This document shows positions 36,930 to 50,035 of a stretch of DNA of 64,000 nucleotides, one piece after another. The position numbers and the translations under genes are program-made. The notes under the pieces were generated by a model. That model saw only the letters and a list, made by a program, of their open reading frames with translations. It did no database searches and was not told the DNA's origin. The first letter of the stretch is position 1. Every line of letters begins with the position of its first letter. This DNA is from Octopus sinensis (Eukaryota): positions 18,724,001 to 18,788,000 of the forward strand of contig NC_043024.1 in assembly GCF_006345805.1 (NCBI RefSeq), read 5' to 3'.

Positions 36930-37830
36930 GGAATTCTTTCATTCTGTAGCTCTGACGAAATATCTGCTACAAATTATTATAGAATATCCTTTGTATTGAA
37001 ATTTTGTATTTTTGCAATTTGAGTGGATATTTCTGTTCTAGTAGGAAGTTTATAAGTTCATTTAGTCTTATTTGGCGTGTTTGTGAGTTGGTTATTATGC
37101 TGCATATGCGTCTTGCCATACTATATGGGATGTTTCTTTTTATGTGGGATGGGTGGCAGGAGTAGAAATTTAAATATTGGAGTGTGTAATCTTTTTTTGT
37201 AGTAGATGTCTGTTGTGACGATGAGTTGTGTATCTTGATGTTGATGTCCAGGAATGAAAGTTCGTTGTGGCTGATATCTATCGTGAAGTTGATAGATGGG
37301 TGCAGTGTGTTGAGGATGTTGTGGAATGTTCGTAGATCTTCTGATCTGTTCCAAAAGATGAAATAGTCATTGAGGTAGAGTTTCCACTTTTTCTTGATGT
37401 CTTCTCTGAAGTCGTATTCGAAGACTTTCCCTATTTCATCTTATAGTTTGTTCTCAAGGAAACCCATCACCAAGTTGGCATATGAAGGTACGAATTTCGT
37501 ACCCATAGCCATGCCCTTTATCTGTCGGTATGTCTTGTTGTTGAATGGGAATGTGTTTTTTTCAAGTATTAATTGGTGGCTTTGGTGATAAAGTCAGTTT
37601 TGAATTGTTTGGTGCCCCAGCATGGCCACAGCTCATAAGCTGAAACTAGAATCAATCAATCAATCAATCTATGAGTTCCCTGTATTTTTCTACCCATTGT
37701 TTTATCGCTTCCAGACCCAGGGTGTGTGGTATGTTCGTGTATAAATGTGTGACATCGAAACTTGCTTTATGATGTTTTCCGGAACCATATTTGGAATGTG
37801 TGTAAGGAAGTCTGTCATCCCTTATGTAGG
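36930..37830 (-). pseudogene. Penelope-like RT remnant
   Basis: SFDVTHLYTNIPH, YRQIKGMAMGTKFVPSYANLVMGF and a YLNFYSCHPSHIKRNIPYS-like piece; contains stops and a short SINE scrap at about 37612-37660. Confidence 0.85.
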
Positions 37831-38500
37831 TTGGTATCAGTGTGGATAAAGATGGGAAGAAAACAACCACCACAGACAAAACAACACCTACAGACCATAT
37901 AGACCACTCCTACCTCTACAAGAAAACCTAAGACTTGAAAATGGAATTTGGAGATGCAACAACACAGCCCCTTTTTTAGGGAATGGATACTTAACAACAA
38001 CAAAATGTATTGTGTGCTTTTTATGTGACACCATCATCAGAGCTTCTTATGTGGTACCAGCATCCAACACAGTTCCTTCAAACTGAACATAATGGTAGAA
38101 TATCTCTTCCATTTTGGTAAAAGTTTCTTCTTGTCCTTTATTGAAGGCAAATATGGAATTTATTGCTAATTAGAATTCTCGTAAAATGTTAAAGTTTACA
38201 ATATTTTATCATTTCTGTTATGTCAATATTGGCTCGAATAAATATGATGTGAATATATTCAACATTGTTAAACACACACTTGTTTATATTATACATATGT
38301 GTGTGTGTGTGTATGCTTATATATACATATATATATATATACATGTATATACATATATATATACATGTATATATATATATAATATAATAATATATATATA
38401 TATTGTTAAACGGTAAGATAACAAAAGAAAGAAAGAGACCTCAATATTGTGTAAATAGAAGAAATTTATGTATGTATGTATGTATATATGTATATATATA

Positions 38501-38541
<41 letters not shown>

Positions 38542-38556
38542 CACACACATACACAC

Positions 38557-38589
<33 letters not shown>

Positions 38590-38755
38590 ACATAAATATA
38601 TATAGATCATATACTTATATATACATATATATTTAAATATTTATAAATACATTACTTATACATACATACAATATATATATATATATATATATAGATATTA
38701 TATATATATATATATATAATATATACAGATATAATATATACTCATATACATATAT

Positions 38756-38795
<40 letters not shown>

Positions 38796-39245
38796 TATAA
38801 TATATATATATATATATATATATCAGATATGGATATATATGTATACATAATATATATAGATAGATATATATTTATACAATACACCACACACATGCATGCA
38901 CACACAGATCTCATGATCATGGGTCCAGCATGCTAACCACTAAGCCAATAACGCAATAATGATGTCGCTAGTTGTAGTCTCAATAGACTATTGAATGAAA
39001 AACTATTCTCTGCAAAAAGCTGTTTAGTAGTTAAGATCAGCTCCAGATAAACTGCAGTTCTTTAATTCATAGACAGCAAAGTTCTGGAACTTTCCGTAAT
39101 GCCATTATTTACTTTTTTCTGATATCTTTGTTGAAATGCACAGACCACATTGTAAATGAGTTAGTACTGAAATAATGGGAATTTGTTGAGTTTTCTTTTG
39201 TAATTAATACAGATCCCGGTCTGGAATTTAGGGGCTGTATCATCA

Positions 39246-39643
39246 TCTTCTTTATATATAAAAGAGAAGTTGTGTGTCTGTCTCCTACGATTTAGATTCC
39301 TAACTACTCCCACATTTTGCGGTGCAGTTTAACCAAAACCAGGTATCTTATAGTCGTGATTCATATCGAGCCCTTCTGGGTGTTAGCGCGCGTCTACGAT
39401 GAGTCTACGATTTCAAAAAAATTACCATAATTTTTTCCATTTTAATGCATTTTTTTCGCTATTATATATGGGAAGTAACTCTCTAAAAATGTCTACGATG
39501 AGTCAACGATTTAAAAAAAAAATTACCATAATTTTTTTCCATTTTTAATGCATTTTTCTGCTATTTTTTGGCTATAACTCTCTAAAAATGCTTATATAGT
39601 TATTTCCCTTACAAACCCGAGAAACGCCGGGCGATACTGCTAG
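39246..39643 (+). mobile_element. Non-autonomous Helitron
   Basis: A|TC...TATATATAAAA start, subterminal hairpin CCCG-agaaacgc-CGGG, CTAG|T end, and an internal ~100-bp duplication. Confidence 0.8.
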
Positions 39644-39659
39644 TTCATTATAAATGCAT

Positions 39660-40005
39660 AAAGGGTAATGACCCCTTTAGTCATGAATGACCATGGGATT
39701 GCACTTAGGAACTTCCCTTCTGAGGTACAAATCCAAGCAAGGTTGTTTTATGGAAGACCAGCAGTCGCCCATGCATACCGGCCTCCCCTCTCCAAGCCAC
39801 CAGTGTTATCCAAGGGAAAGGCAAAGGCGCCGATACAGCTTGGTACCAGTGATGTCGCAACTCATTTCTACAGCTGAGTGAACTGGAGCAAAGTGAAATA
39901 AAGTGTCTTGCTCAAGAACACAAGATACAGACCAGTCCAGGAATTGAACTCACTACCTCATGACTGTGAACCCAACGCTCTAACTACTGAGCCACGCACC
40001 TTCAC
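39660..40005 (-). mobile_element. tRNA-headed SINE family E (CORE-like)
   Basis: Reverse complement: gtgaaggtgcgtggctcagtagttagagcg..gagttcaattcc..ttcttgagcaagacactt. Confidence 0.75.
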
Positions 40006-40258
40006 ATTGGTTATATTATTACATAAACATTCATATTAGTAGCTTCTCATGACTAATGAGGATAGTTTGGCAATTTCTAGCTAAACAAGTTGTACACACA
40101 CACACAAAACACACATACAGAACACATAGGCATGCATATATGCAAACACACACACACACACACAGATAGAGACACAAACACATTTGGCAGATAAGGATAC
40201 ACACTACAAGAAGACAGAATGAACTAAACAGAAGAGGAAGAAACACATGGATGGAAGA

Positions 40259-40301
40259 GTCACTGAAGAGGTCACAGATGTGTGATGAAAGATTTCCAGA
40301 C
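40259..40301 (+). ncRNA. Decayed hammerhead motif
   Basis: CTGAAGA-G-GTCAC-AGATGT-GTGAT-GAAA-GATTTC with poor stem I; a related copy lies at 62184-62215. Confidence 0.4.
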
Positions 40302-40500
40302 AGAAATTGCTTCGTAGATAAATTCTCCTGGTTGACGACGGAGGGCATGACCCAGCCAACGCAGACGTCTCGTTAGGATGACTTGTCGGAGGGAGGTGAT
40401 TCTGCACTGGTGTCGCACCGAATTGTTGGAAACAAAGTGATGCCATCGGACAAGAAGGGTGCAGCTTAGATAGAGGTGATCAAAGGATTCTAGTCGCTTA
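40300..40500 (-). mobile_element. RTE ORF fragment
   Basis: ILTRRLRWLGHALRR motif. Confidence 0.7.
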
Positions 40501-40624
40501 ATATCTTCCACCCACCCACCCCAACTTGATGAATAAAAGTTACCAAAATATTGCAAAAATTTTGACCCAACAAAATAACAATAAAATTAACAGAATGAAG
40601 GACTAAATACATATTTTTGACCTT

Positions 40625-40985
40625 TGACCCTTTACTGGTTTCAGTCATTCGACTGCAGCCATGAATCAATGCCAGTACTTATTATTTCTTCTAAAGCCTG
40701 ATACATATTCAGTCAATCACTTTTGCTGAACTGCTATATCATGGGGATGTAAACACACCAACACCAGTTTTCAAGCTGTGGTGGGGGACAAACACAGATT
40801 CAATGGCACACACACTCATATATGGGCTTCTTTCAGTTTCTCTCTATCAAATCCACTCTGAAGGCTTTGCTCATCCTGATGCCGTAGCAGAAGACACTTG
40901 CCCAAGGGTTCCACACAGTGGGACTGAACCAGGAACCATGTTGTTGGGAAGCAAGCTTCTTACCATGCATCAACGTCTGCGGTGC
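40625..40985 (-). mobile_element. SINE family A copy (diverged)
   Basis: Similarity to family A. Confidence 0.75.
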
Positions 40986-41024
40986 CTATGTAAAGTTAAT
41001 TATATGTAAAGTATATTATTCTCA

Positions 41025-41460
41025 TCATCATCATCATCATCATTTAACTCCGTTTCCCATGCTGGCATGGGTTGGACGATTTGACTGAGGACTGGCGAAT
41101 CAGATGGCTGCACCAGGCTTCAATCTTGATCTGGCAGAGTTTCTACAGCTGGATGCCCTTCCTAATGCCAACCACTCTGAGAGTGTAGTGGGTGCTTTTA
41201 TGTACCACCGGCATGGGGCCAGTGAGGCGGTACTGGCAACAACCTCGCTCGAATCTTTTACACATGCCAGCGGCACAGGTGCCAGTAAGGCAATGCTGGT
41301 AATGATCATGCTTGAGTGGTGTCTTTTATGTGTCACCAGCACGGAGGCCGATAGCCACTCTGGCAACGATCATGCTTGGATGGTGCTCTTAATACCCTAT
41401 TAGCACAGAGCTTGAGTGCCAGTAAGGCGACGCTGGTAATGATCACGCTCGAATAGTACC
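41025..41460 (-). mobile_element. RTE 3' UTR-derived repeat with internal repeats
   Basis: Shared tail motifs and (CAT)n start. Confidence 0.8.
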
Positions 41461-42038
41461 TTTCAGTGATTAATATTTCCCCAAATGTTACATAATTCAT
41501 AATTCATATTGACTGGGACATTAAGCTTCACCCAATGGCTTATTTATTACTCAGTCACATCATCGGCATGGAAAAGCAACAGCGAAGTTAGTGTGATATC
41601 ATTAATATCATTTAACGTTGGGATTATCAAAAATCTAAATGCAAATACTCACACAGTGAGAAAAGACACACGATGAATATAAAATGCCCCATGGAAGCAT
41701 GCGATGAAACCACCATCAAAGAAAAATGATGAAATATCTCAAGAGAAAGCAATTGAGTTATCTTACGAACTTGCTTTAATATTGATCGGCAGATATCTTT
41801 GATGGCACCGGGTACAAACAATGCTTGGAAAATCATATTCTGGCTTTGAAGCTGTCGGAGATTCCTAGATTGAAATACATCCGCACCATTAAAATTCTGG
41901 TTCTCCAATCTATAAACTCCCAGTGGAATATTCTCCGAATCTCATTACGATCATCAACAGATCGTACATAAAACAATAGCGAAGAAATATATAAAACATA
42001 TAGATATATAATATATAATAGTAGAGAAGTACATACAG

Positions 42039-42098
<60 letters not shown>

Positions 42099-42188
42099 TA
42101 GATATATAGCTGAAATATTGATCCGTGTTCCTATAACACCATCATGAAGAAATAAAGGAGCTTGTTGGTTTTGTTTTCTAGGGTGAGC

Positions 42189-42220
<32 letters not shown>

Positions 42221-42325
42221 ATCTATATGTATAGAAGTAATCAAAATTTAACCCTTTGTTACTATTATATATATGTGTATATATGCATATATATATATGC
42301 ATATATATATGTATATATATATGTA

Positions 42326-42358
<33 letters not shown>

Positions 42359-42441
42359 ATATGTATATATATATGTGTATATATATGTATATATATGTAT
42401 ATATATATATGTATATATATATATGTATATATGTATATATG

Positions 42442-42479
<38 letters not shown>

Positions 42480-42506
42480 GTTTATATATATGTATATGTA
42501 TATGTA

Positions 42507-42547
<41 letters not shown>

Positions 42548-42568
42548 CATATATATATATACGTATAT

Positions 42569-42611
<43 letters not shown>

Positions 42612-42849
42612 ACTCTTCTTCTCCATCTTCTTCTTCTTCTTCTTCTTCTCCTTCTTCTTCTTCTTCTTCTGCTTCTTCTTCTTTGTATTGCATAATACTT
42701 CTTCACTGGAGTGCTGTCATAAAGTAAGTTTTGCGTACAAGTCACAAAGTCCACTTTCAAACAAGTTAAATGTATGTATTGTAAATCAGGTAACACAGAC
42801 ACCCACACATTCACAGACCCATGCATATTGTATATATGTATTTTAATCA

Positions 42850-43262
42850 TTTACTTGTTTCAGTCATTTGACTGTGGCCATGCTGGAGCACCGCCTTTAG
42901 TTGAACAAATCGACACCAAGACTTATTCTTTGTGAGCGTAGTACTTATTCTATCGGTCTCTTTTGCTGAACCACTAAGTTTCGGGGACATAAACACATCA
43001 GCATTGGTTGTCAAGCGATGTTTAGGGGACAAACACAAACACACAAACACACACACACACATACACTACACACACACACATATAAATATACATATATACA
43101 ACAGGCTTCTTTCAGTTTCCATCTACCAAATCCACTCACAAGGTTTTGGTTGGCCCGAGGCTATAGAAGAAGACACTTGCCCAAGGTGCCATGCAGTGGG
43201 ACTGAACCAGGAACCATATGGTTCGTAAGCAAGCTACTTACTACACAGCCACTCCTACGCCT
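42850..43262 (-). mobile_element. SINE family A copy
   Basis: Match to family A. Confidence 0.9.
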
Positions 43263-43777
43263 ATATATATATATAACTGTATAAATATATATATATATAT
43301 ATATATATGCACAAACACATACACACACACATGGTGATTGAAAAGTAACTCTCTATTTTAATATACTTAAATTGTTTATTAATTGTAATTTTTACAAAAA
43401 AACAAGGATATGAGAGGAAAGTTTATAGTATGAGGTTTTATTTAATATTTGAAACTGGCTCTAGATGTCGCCACCAGCTTCTTGAGTCACTCAGGAATTG
43501 CATCAACTGATTTCACCAGGAACTCTTGTGGGATGGAAGACAACTTCTCGTATTTGCCCTTGAAGTTCTTCCATATATATATATATATATATATACATAT
43601 ATAATATAAGCGGGATCAGCCATCTGAATGTGGCTAGGGACAGGGCAGGGTGGTGGGGGTGTTACTGATGCATTTAGCCCCAGGCAACTATCGACGTCAC
43701 CAGAAGAGCCGACACCATCACGGTGTCCTTGCTAGCCTGCAAAGGGAGATCAGCCTCACCGAAGATACGGATGCTAC

Positions 43778-43818
43778 ACATGGACCGGTTTCGAGGTATT
43801 TGCCTCTTGTCAGCGCAT
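43778..43818 (-). ncRNA. Hammerhead motif with CpG-type decay (CTGACAA)
   Basis: GCG-CTGACAA-GAGG-CAAATA-CCTC-GAAAC-CG-GTC^CATG; perfect stem II and ACCGGT palindrome. Confidence 0.6.
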
Positions 43819-43902
43819 GGCAAGCACCGTTCTTCGCTGAGGGACTTCCTGTACAGGCCAGATATATATAGATTTTTACAGTAACCTATTGTTATATATA
43901 TA

Positions 43903-43942
<40 letters not shown>

Positions 43943-44039
43943 TTATAATGACTTTCAGTTTCCACCTACTAAGTTCACTTACAGGCTTTGGTTGACCGGG
44001 AACTATAATATAATACAAGTAACTTGCCTGAGGAGGTGG

Positions 44040-44137
44040 ACATAGAAGAGGATGATAATAATGATGTGGATGATAGTAGCAATGCAGCTGCAGCTATTAC
44101 TGATGCTGTTGTTGATGATGATGATGATGATGATGAC

Positions 44138-44190
<53 letters not shown>

Positions 44191-44231
44191 CGACGATGAT
44201 GATGACGATGATGATGATGATGGTGATGGTG

Positions 44232-44263
<32 letters not shown>

Positions 44264-44282
44264 GATGATGACGACGATGCCT
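44040..44282. repeat. (GAT)n tract
   Basis: Direct inspection. Confidence 0.95.
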
Positions 44283-44339
44283 CACTGGTGCTTTTTTTGA
44301 GTACCAGTAGCAATGAGGTCACCAAGTAACTTGCAAGAC

Positions 44340-44630
44340 AAAGACCACCCCCACCACCAACGGAGGTGGTGTGGAAGTAATACTGAGGGGCAGAAAACAG
44401 AAAATGAGTTTTGTATTGGAGAGTAAACAAGCTTACTTCAAGGTGGTGGGGAGAAAATGGGGAGCGAGTGAGAAGACGTTGAAGATGTGACGAAGGAACT
44501 GGGTCTGGGAAATGTGTGTGGATAGGTAAGTTCAAAAGATTGCTCAAGGAAAGTGGTAGATGGAGTGGGGGGCGGAATTTAATGTGCTGACCCAGGTAGA
44601 GGGAGCAGATATTAGGAGGATATGTCATGG
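44340..44630 (-). pseudogene. Possible PLE GIY-YIG endonuclease remnant
   Basis: CSLYLGQ and NLPIHTHF resemble the YIGQ and PVA.HF motifs; weak. Confidence 0.3.
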
Positions 44631-45038
44631 AAAGAAGAGATTCAACGTGGACATAAACAAAAATGTTACTATTTTTTGACAAATTGCCTGTAATAGAAAT
44701 TTATAAATCTTGTCTTTTTGTCTCATAAACTGTAAGTTATATTGCTGAAGAGAAGGATTGGAAAAATCTGGTTCCATTTGATATGGAAAATAAATTATTT
44801 TTTGACATCGAATATTCCCATCAGAGTCGTTCATTTTTGTGGCAGATGCCAAACTCTCCAATTCTTTGTTTTGGTTCTCCATCATTTAAATTTTATTTTT
44901 GGCAACTTGCTGTTACCAAATTCCTGTCTAGTTATGCATTGGTTTATACACATACACACATAAAACATATATATCTATACACATATACACAAAGTCATAA
45001 ATGACAGAGAACTTGTTTGATGAATCCATATATTGTAA

Positions 45039-45081
<43 letters not shown>

Positions 45082-45084
<3 letters not shown>

Positions 45085-46227
45085 ATAAAAATGGTAAATA
45101 GTTTTTCAGTGGTTTTTCATACAACCAACAATTAATTACCGGTAAAATTCGGTATGTAAATATAACAATTTTAGCGTCAGGAACTTCTGTAAAGTTCAGT
45201 ATATAGTAAAAATAATTAAAAGGGCGGGCAACAGGCTGCTTCGCCGCATACCGAAGGAATTAGAAATGGCAGTCAAAGACTGTTTTTTCCATTTTCTATA
45301 AGTGGAGGTTCCATATACGACACACCCTGCCATTCACATACGCAAAATCGGAGTAGCAAATAAACGAAAACAATCTCTTACCGTTAATGATGAACATGTT
45401 TCTAGATCACAAGCTCGAAAATAGCTTGATTTCCTTCGTCAACACCATATTCGATAGATTTACCAAATGCCACAAGCCCTCACCTCTGACCAAGCGCCAT
45501 CAGATAGTGGGGGGAGGTGTGCAGATGTTAAAACTAAGTAATGACTGGAGTCGTAAAATCTCCCTCGGTGTGTCGTATATGGAACCTCCACTTATAGAAA
45601 ATGGAAAAAACAGTCTTTGACTGCCATTTCTAATTCCTTTGGTATGCGGCGAAGCAGCCTGTTGCCCGCCCTTTTAATTATTTTTACTATATACTGAACT
45701 TTACAGAAGTTCCTGACGCTGAAATTGTCATATTTACATACCGAATTTTACCGGTAAATAATTGTTGGTTGTATGAAAAACCACTGAAAAATTATTTACC
45801 ATTTTTATTGTATTACCATGTGGATTTCATATTCCATTGCGATCACCCAGGCGGCGCGCATTGCAGAATTTTGGAGGGAGAATTTACGATTCCAGTCATT
45901 ACTTAGTTTTAACATCTACACACCTCCCCCTACTATCGGATGGCGCTTGGTCAGAGGTGAAGGCTTGTGGCATTTGGTAAATCTATCGAATATGATGTTG
46001 ATGAAGGAAATCAAGCAATTTCTAGCTTGTGATCTAGAAACATGTTCATCATTAACGGTAAGAGATTGTTTTCGTTTATTTGCTACTCCGATTTTGCATA
46101 TGTGAATCGCAGGGTGTGTCGTATATGGAACCTCCACTTATAGAAAATGGAAAAAACAGTCTTTGACTGTCATTTCTAATTCCTTCGGTATGCGGCGAAG
46201 CAGCCTGTTGCCCGCCCTTTTAATTAT
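45082..46227. repeat. Complex nested inverted duplication
   Basis: 45567-45811 is the reverse complement of 45082-45326; 45875-46227 is the reverse complement of 45213-45566. Confidence 0.9.
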
Positions 46228-46874
46228 ATATATATATGTATATATATATGTATACATGTTTACATTTATATGCATATATATATATATTAAAAAGTTTGGA
46301 GCTGATGTACAGGTATTATATATTAGATAAAATAAAGTATTCAGAAATCTGGATGGTTTTATATTTTATAAATCATATATTAGCGCTTGCGTCCACACTA
46401 GTGGAGTCATCAGATTGAACTTTTTCAGAAATTTTGTCTCTTTTTATAGTATTATTGAGTGTAGGAGAAGAGAGATATAAGATAGTAAAAGAAGGGGAGG
46501 AATGGGGAGAAAGCGAGAGAGAGTGCATGTGTGTGTGTGTGAGTGGGGGGCTTTTGTATCTGAAAGAGTGTCAATGGAAAAGAGAAGGAAAGGAAAAAGG
46601 AAGAGAGAAAGAAAAAAAAATGTGTTGACATTTTTGCAGCTGGCCAGTTCTTTCAATAGAAAATGATTCTTGGCTTTTAGAAATGGCAAACCTAGGTGGC
46701 CACTTCAAGTGGGGGTAAATGTTATTTTCCAAAAGATATCTATACACCACTTCTAACACTATACATACATATATACATACATACATACATGCATACATAA
46801 TACATGCATACATCATACATACATACATACATACATACATACATACATACATACATACATACATACATACATTA

Positions 46875-47425
46875 TGGCTGCCCCCCTCGTTATCAAGTAT
46901 GGTCATTGCACGAAGCTTAAATGTTACTGGTGCTGTGATCGAATGTGACTTTTTAGCCCAGGTAAAAATCTATAATGTCTTGTACAGAATTGGCAACAAA
47001 AAACTTTTATCGGTAATAGCCGGCTGTAGTTGTAACTGGGCTTCATGTACCTTTGCATGTCGTTTAAGTCCTCCTGCCAAATTACACTCTCTTCCACATG
47101 CCCGACAGATATGATTAGTAAGGTGTGTTACACCACCACCAGTGGCCAGGTTGTCACTCATCTGTCTCACTTTATGACTACGAAGATGACTCTTGAGTCC
47201 AGCTTTACTGAGGCAGGGTCTTGCACAGACACTGCATGTCAGCATCATAGGAAGACCCTTCTCATTTGGAAGTGTAACAGCGATGCCCTTCCTGACATCC
47301 CTCCTTACTTTCTCATGTGCAACTCGAGATTTCTCAAAAGTGGCTGTCCCCTCGTGCACAATCCTTCTCCACCTGCTACGATCAATAGCTATGCCTTCCC
47401 ATGTGTCAGGAGAGATGCAAGCATA
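46875..47425 (-). mobile_element. RTE LINE 3' end with three C2H2 fingers and a (TATG)n tail
   Basis: WEGIAIDRSRWR, then CSVC..HLRSH, CRAC..HAKVH and, after a +1 T frameshift, CQFC..HIRSQH*. Confidence 0.8.
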
Positions 47426-47441
47426 TTTATACATACATACA

Positions 47442-47477
<36 letters not shown>

Positions 47478-48200
47478 TATAAGTTCAGCAAAAATTTAGA
47501 TTCAAATGAATATGATACTTAATTTAGATGCACCAGAATTTTGTATGGTGTTATCCATAAAAATCTGTGGGGTGATTATAATCAAAATAAGCAACAAGAA
47601 TGACTCCGGTAATTTGGTACGATCGTTTCGTACTACATCATTTTATTAAATGTTGTAAGTATTACAGCAGATTTAAGATGCTGAGTGCTCATCATATATA
47701 TAGTTAATAACAGAAAATGGAGAAGAAAAAATGTAATGGATACTTCGTTCATTTTATTTGTATCGCATCAGAAAAATAATGGAATGAAAACCGATACATA
47801 TAAGAAAGCATATTTTCCAGTCTTGAATCATGAAATAACTATATTTTGAAATATTGTCCTCTAATTAGTTACTTTGTAATTGAAGACCGGAAAATATACT
47901 TTCTACCCTGAAGTTATCCTACAAAATATGGTTTTTCACATCTAAATTAGATTGAAACATATGTAGGATTTTTTGTTGATTTTTGGTTGTTTTCTTGATC
48001 CAGTTTCTTTACTCTTATATGTATCACATTTTCATTCCTTTACTTTTCTATTGTGATACAAAAATGAACTAAGTGACTATTTTATTTTTTCTTCTCCATT
48101 TTCTTTTACTAACATTGTAATTTAGTAGTCTGTTTAATGCCAGCTGATATCCAGATATTATTATTAATAATCCCTTAGGAAAAATTATATCCCCTATATC

Positions 48201-48250
<50 letters not shown>

Positions 48251-48454
48251 GATATATATACACATCTATATATATCAAGGTAAAATACACTCATCTTTTA
48301 TAATATATATATATAATATATGTATATATACACATCTATATATAATGTATATATATAGATATATATCTACATATATATATATGAATATATATACATGTAT
48401 ATGTTATCTATCTATGTATCTATCTGTCTGTCTATCTATCTATATATATGTCTA

Positions 48455-48493
<39 letters not shown>

Positions 48494-49072
48494 TATAATA
48501 TATATATACATCCTCTCTCCCTCTCTCTCCCTCTCTCTCTCTGTATGTATATATATATATATATATATATAATAGAGAGAGATACTATTGACAATCCAAT
48601 AATTTATTTATATTATTACATGATCAATAATATTAATATGCTAACATTTTGTTTTTGTACGTAGCTGTTATGTGCGTCACATTTACTTCAAAGAAGTGGC
48701 AAAGCAAGAAGGAGGAGGACAGAGAGGAAGTAAAAGAGAAAGAGAGAGAGAGAAGGAGAGAGTGAGAGAGACAGTAGATATATAAATCCAAAGAAAAGTT
48801 CATACATAGATATATACACACAGCAAATATTGGATGTCAATTTCACTTTTCATTACCACACGAGGATAAAATTAGCTCACAACTGGCTGAGTACTCCACA
48901 GACATGCATAACATTAACGTAGTTCTCAGGGAGATTCAGTCTCACACAGAATATGACAAGGCTGACCCCTTTGAATTACTGTTACAACTCAAGACACACA
49001 CACATATATATATATATTTATGAATGTATTTGTGTGTGTGTGTATAGTATAGCTTAGTTAAAACATATTTGC

Positions 49073-49123
<51 letters not shown>

Positions 49124-49189
49124 CGCAATTACCAAACATTCATAAATCCATTTATTATTTCGTTCTTTTGCATTTCAATTTGTACATTT

Positions 49190-49325
49190 GTACTGAGAAA
49201 TCTTCAACAACTGCATGCCAGAAGAAATGAAAAAACGAATAATTTTATCTCCTAAAAATTCTGACTTTCTTGCAGTAAATGAAAAAGTTTTTAATATTAT
49301 GCCAGACGCACTTAAAACGTGCAGG
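49190..49325 (+). pseudogene. Possible Helitron Pif1-helicase fragment
   Basis: KRIILSPKNSDFLAVNEKVFNIMPDALKT resembles RAIL.PKN..V..IN...L..LPG..KTY; recognised from memory only. Confidence 0.45.
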
Positions 49326-49720
49326 CATCTATATGTCTGTCGTTTTCAATTGGCTAAAATTACCCAAAATTTGCAAACTTTAAACACTATAAACTGTTTA
49401 TTTATCGACCTATGGTGAAGATAAATTTCATGTTAATAATGAGCATAGAAAACTACACCAAATTTCAAATCAATTGGAACAGAATTCAAGAAATTGAAAA
49501 GTGCAAGTGAAATAGAAAACATCCAATACAAGTGTGCTATCAACAAAGGCCACTGGGAATGCTATGGGAAGATTGTTTAAATAATCTGAGACAAGATGGA
49601 ACATAATGGTACAATGAAGAATCTATTGGAAGTGCATCGTGACTAGTGGTGTATAACAATATCTCTGATTGTTTGCTCAATACAGTTGTACATGAAGTAT
49701 GTATGTATATGTGGTGTGTT

Positions 49721-49751
<31 letters not shown>

Positions 49752-49809
49752 TATTATAATATATGAATATATATATATGCACATGTATATTCAAATACAT
49801 ATATGTCTG

Positions 49810-49861
<52 letters not shown>

Positions 49862-50035
49862 TATATTTATATGCAAGTTTATGTGTGTGTGTATGTATAT
49901 ATGTATGTATGTATATGTATATATACATACAGACACACATATGCAAATATATTAATATACATGCGTGTGCATATATAACTATGCATACATGTACATATAA
50001 ATGTGCGTGTGTATATATATATATATATATATATA

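Noticed and set aside
39113-39165. Minus-strand exon chaining to 38058-38165
   Set aside because: Recounting the T run gives a phase-2 end, which is incompatible with the phase-1 start of the next candidate.
41627-41908. 93-aa minus-strand ORF
   Set aside because: No recognisable motif in any frame.
45680-45735. CTGACGC-T-GAAA-TT-GTC as a hammerhead
   Set aside because: The core is wrong and there is no stem II between the core halves.
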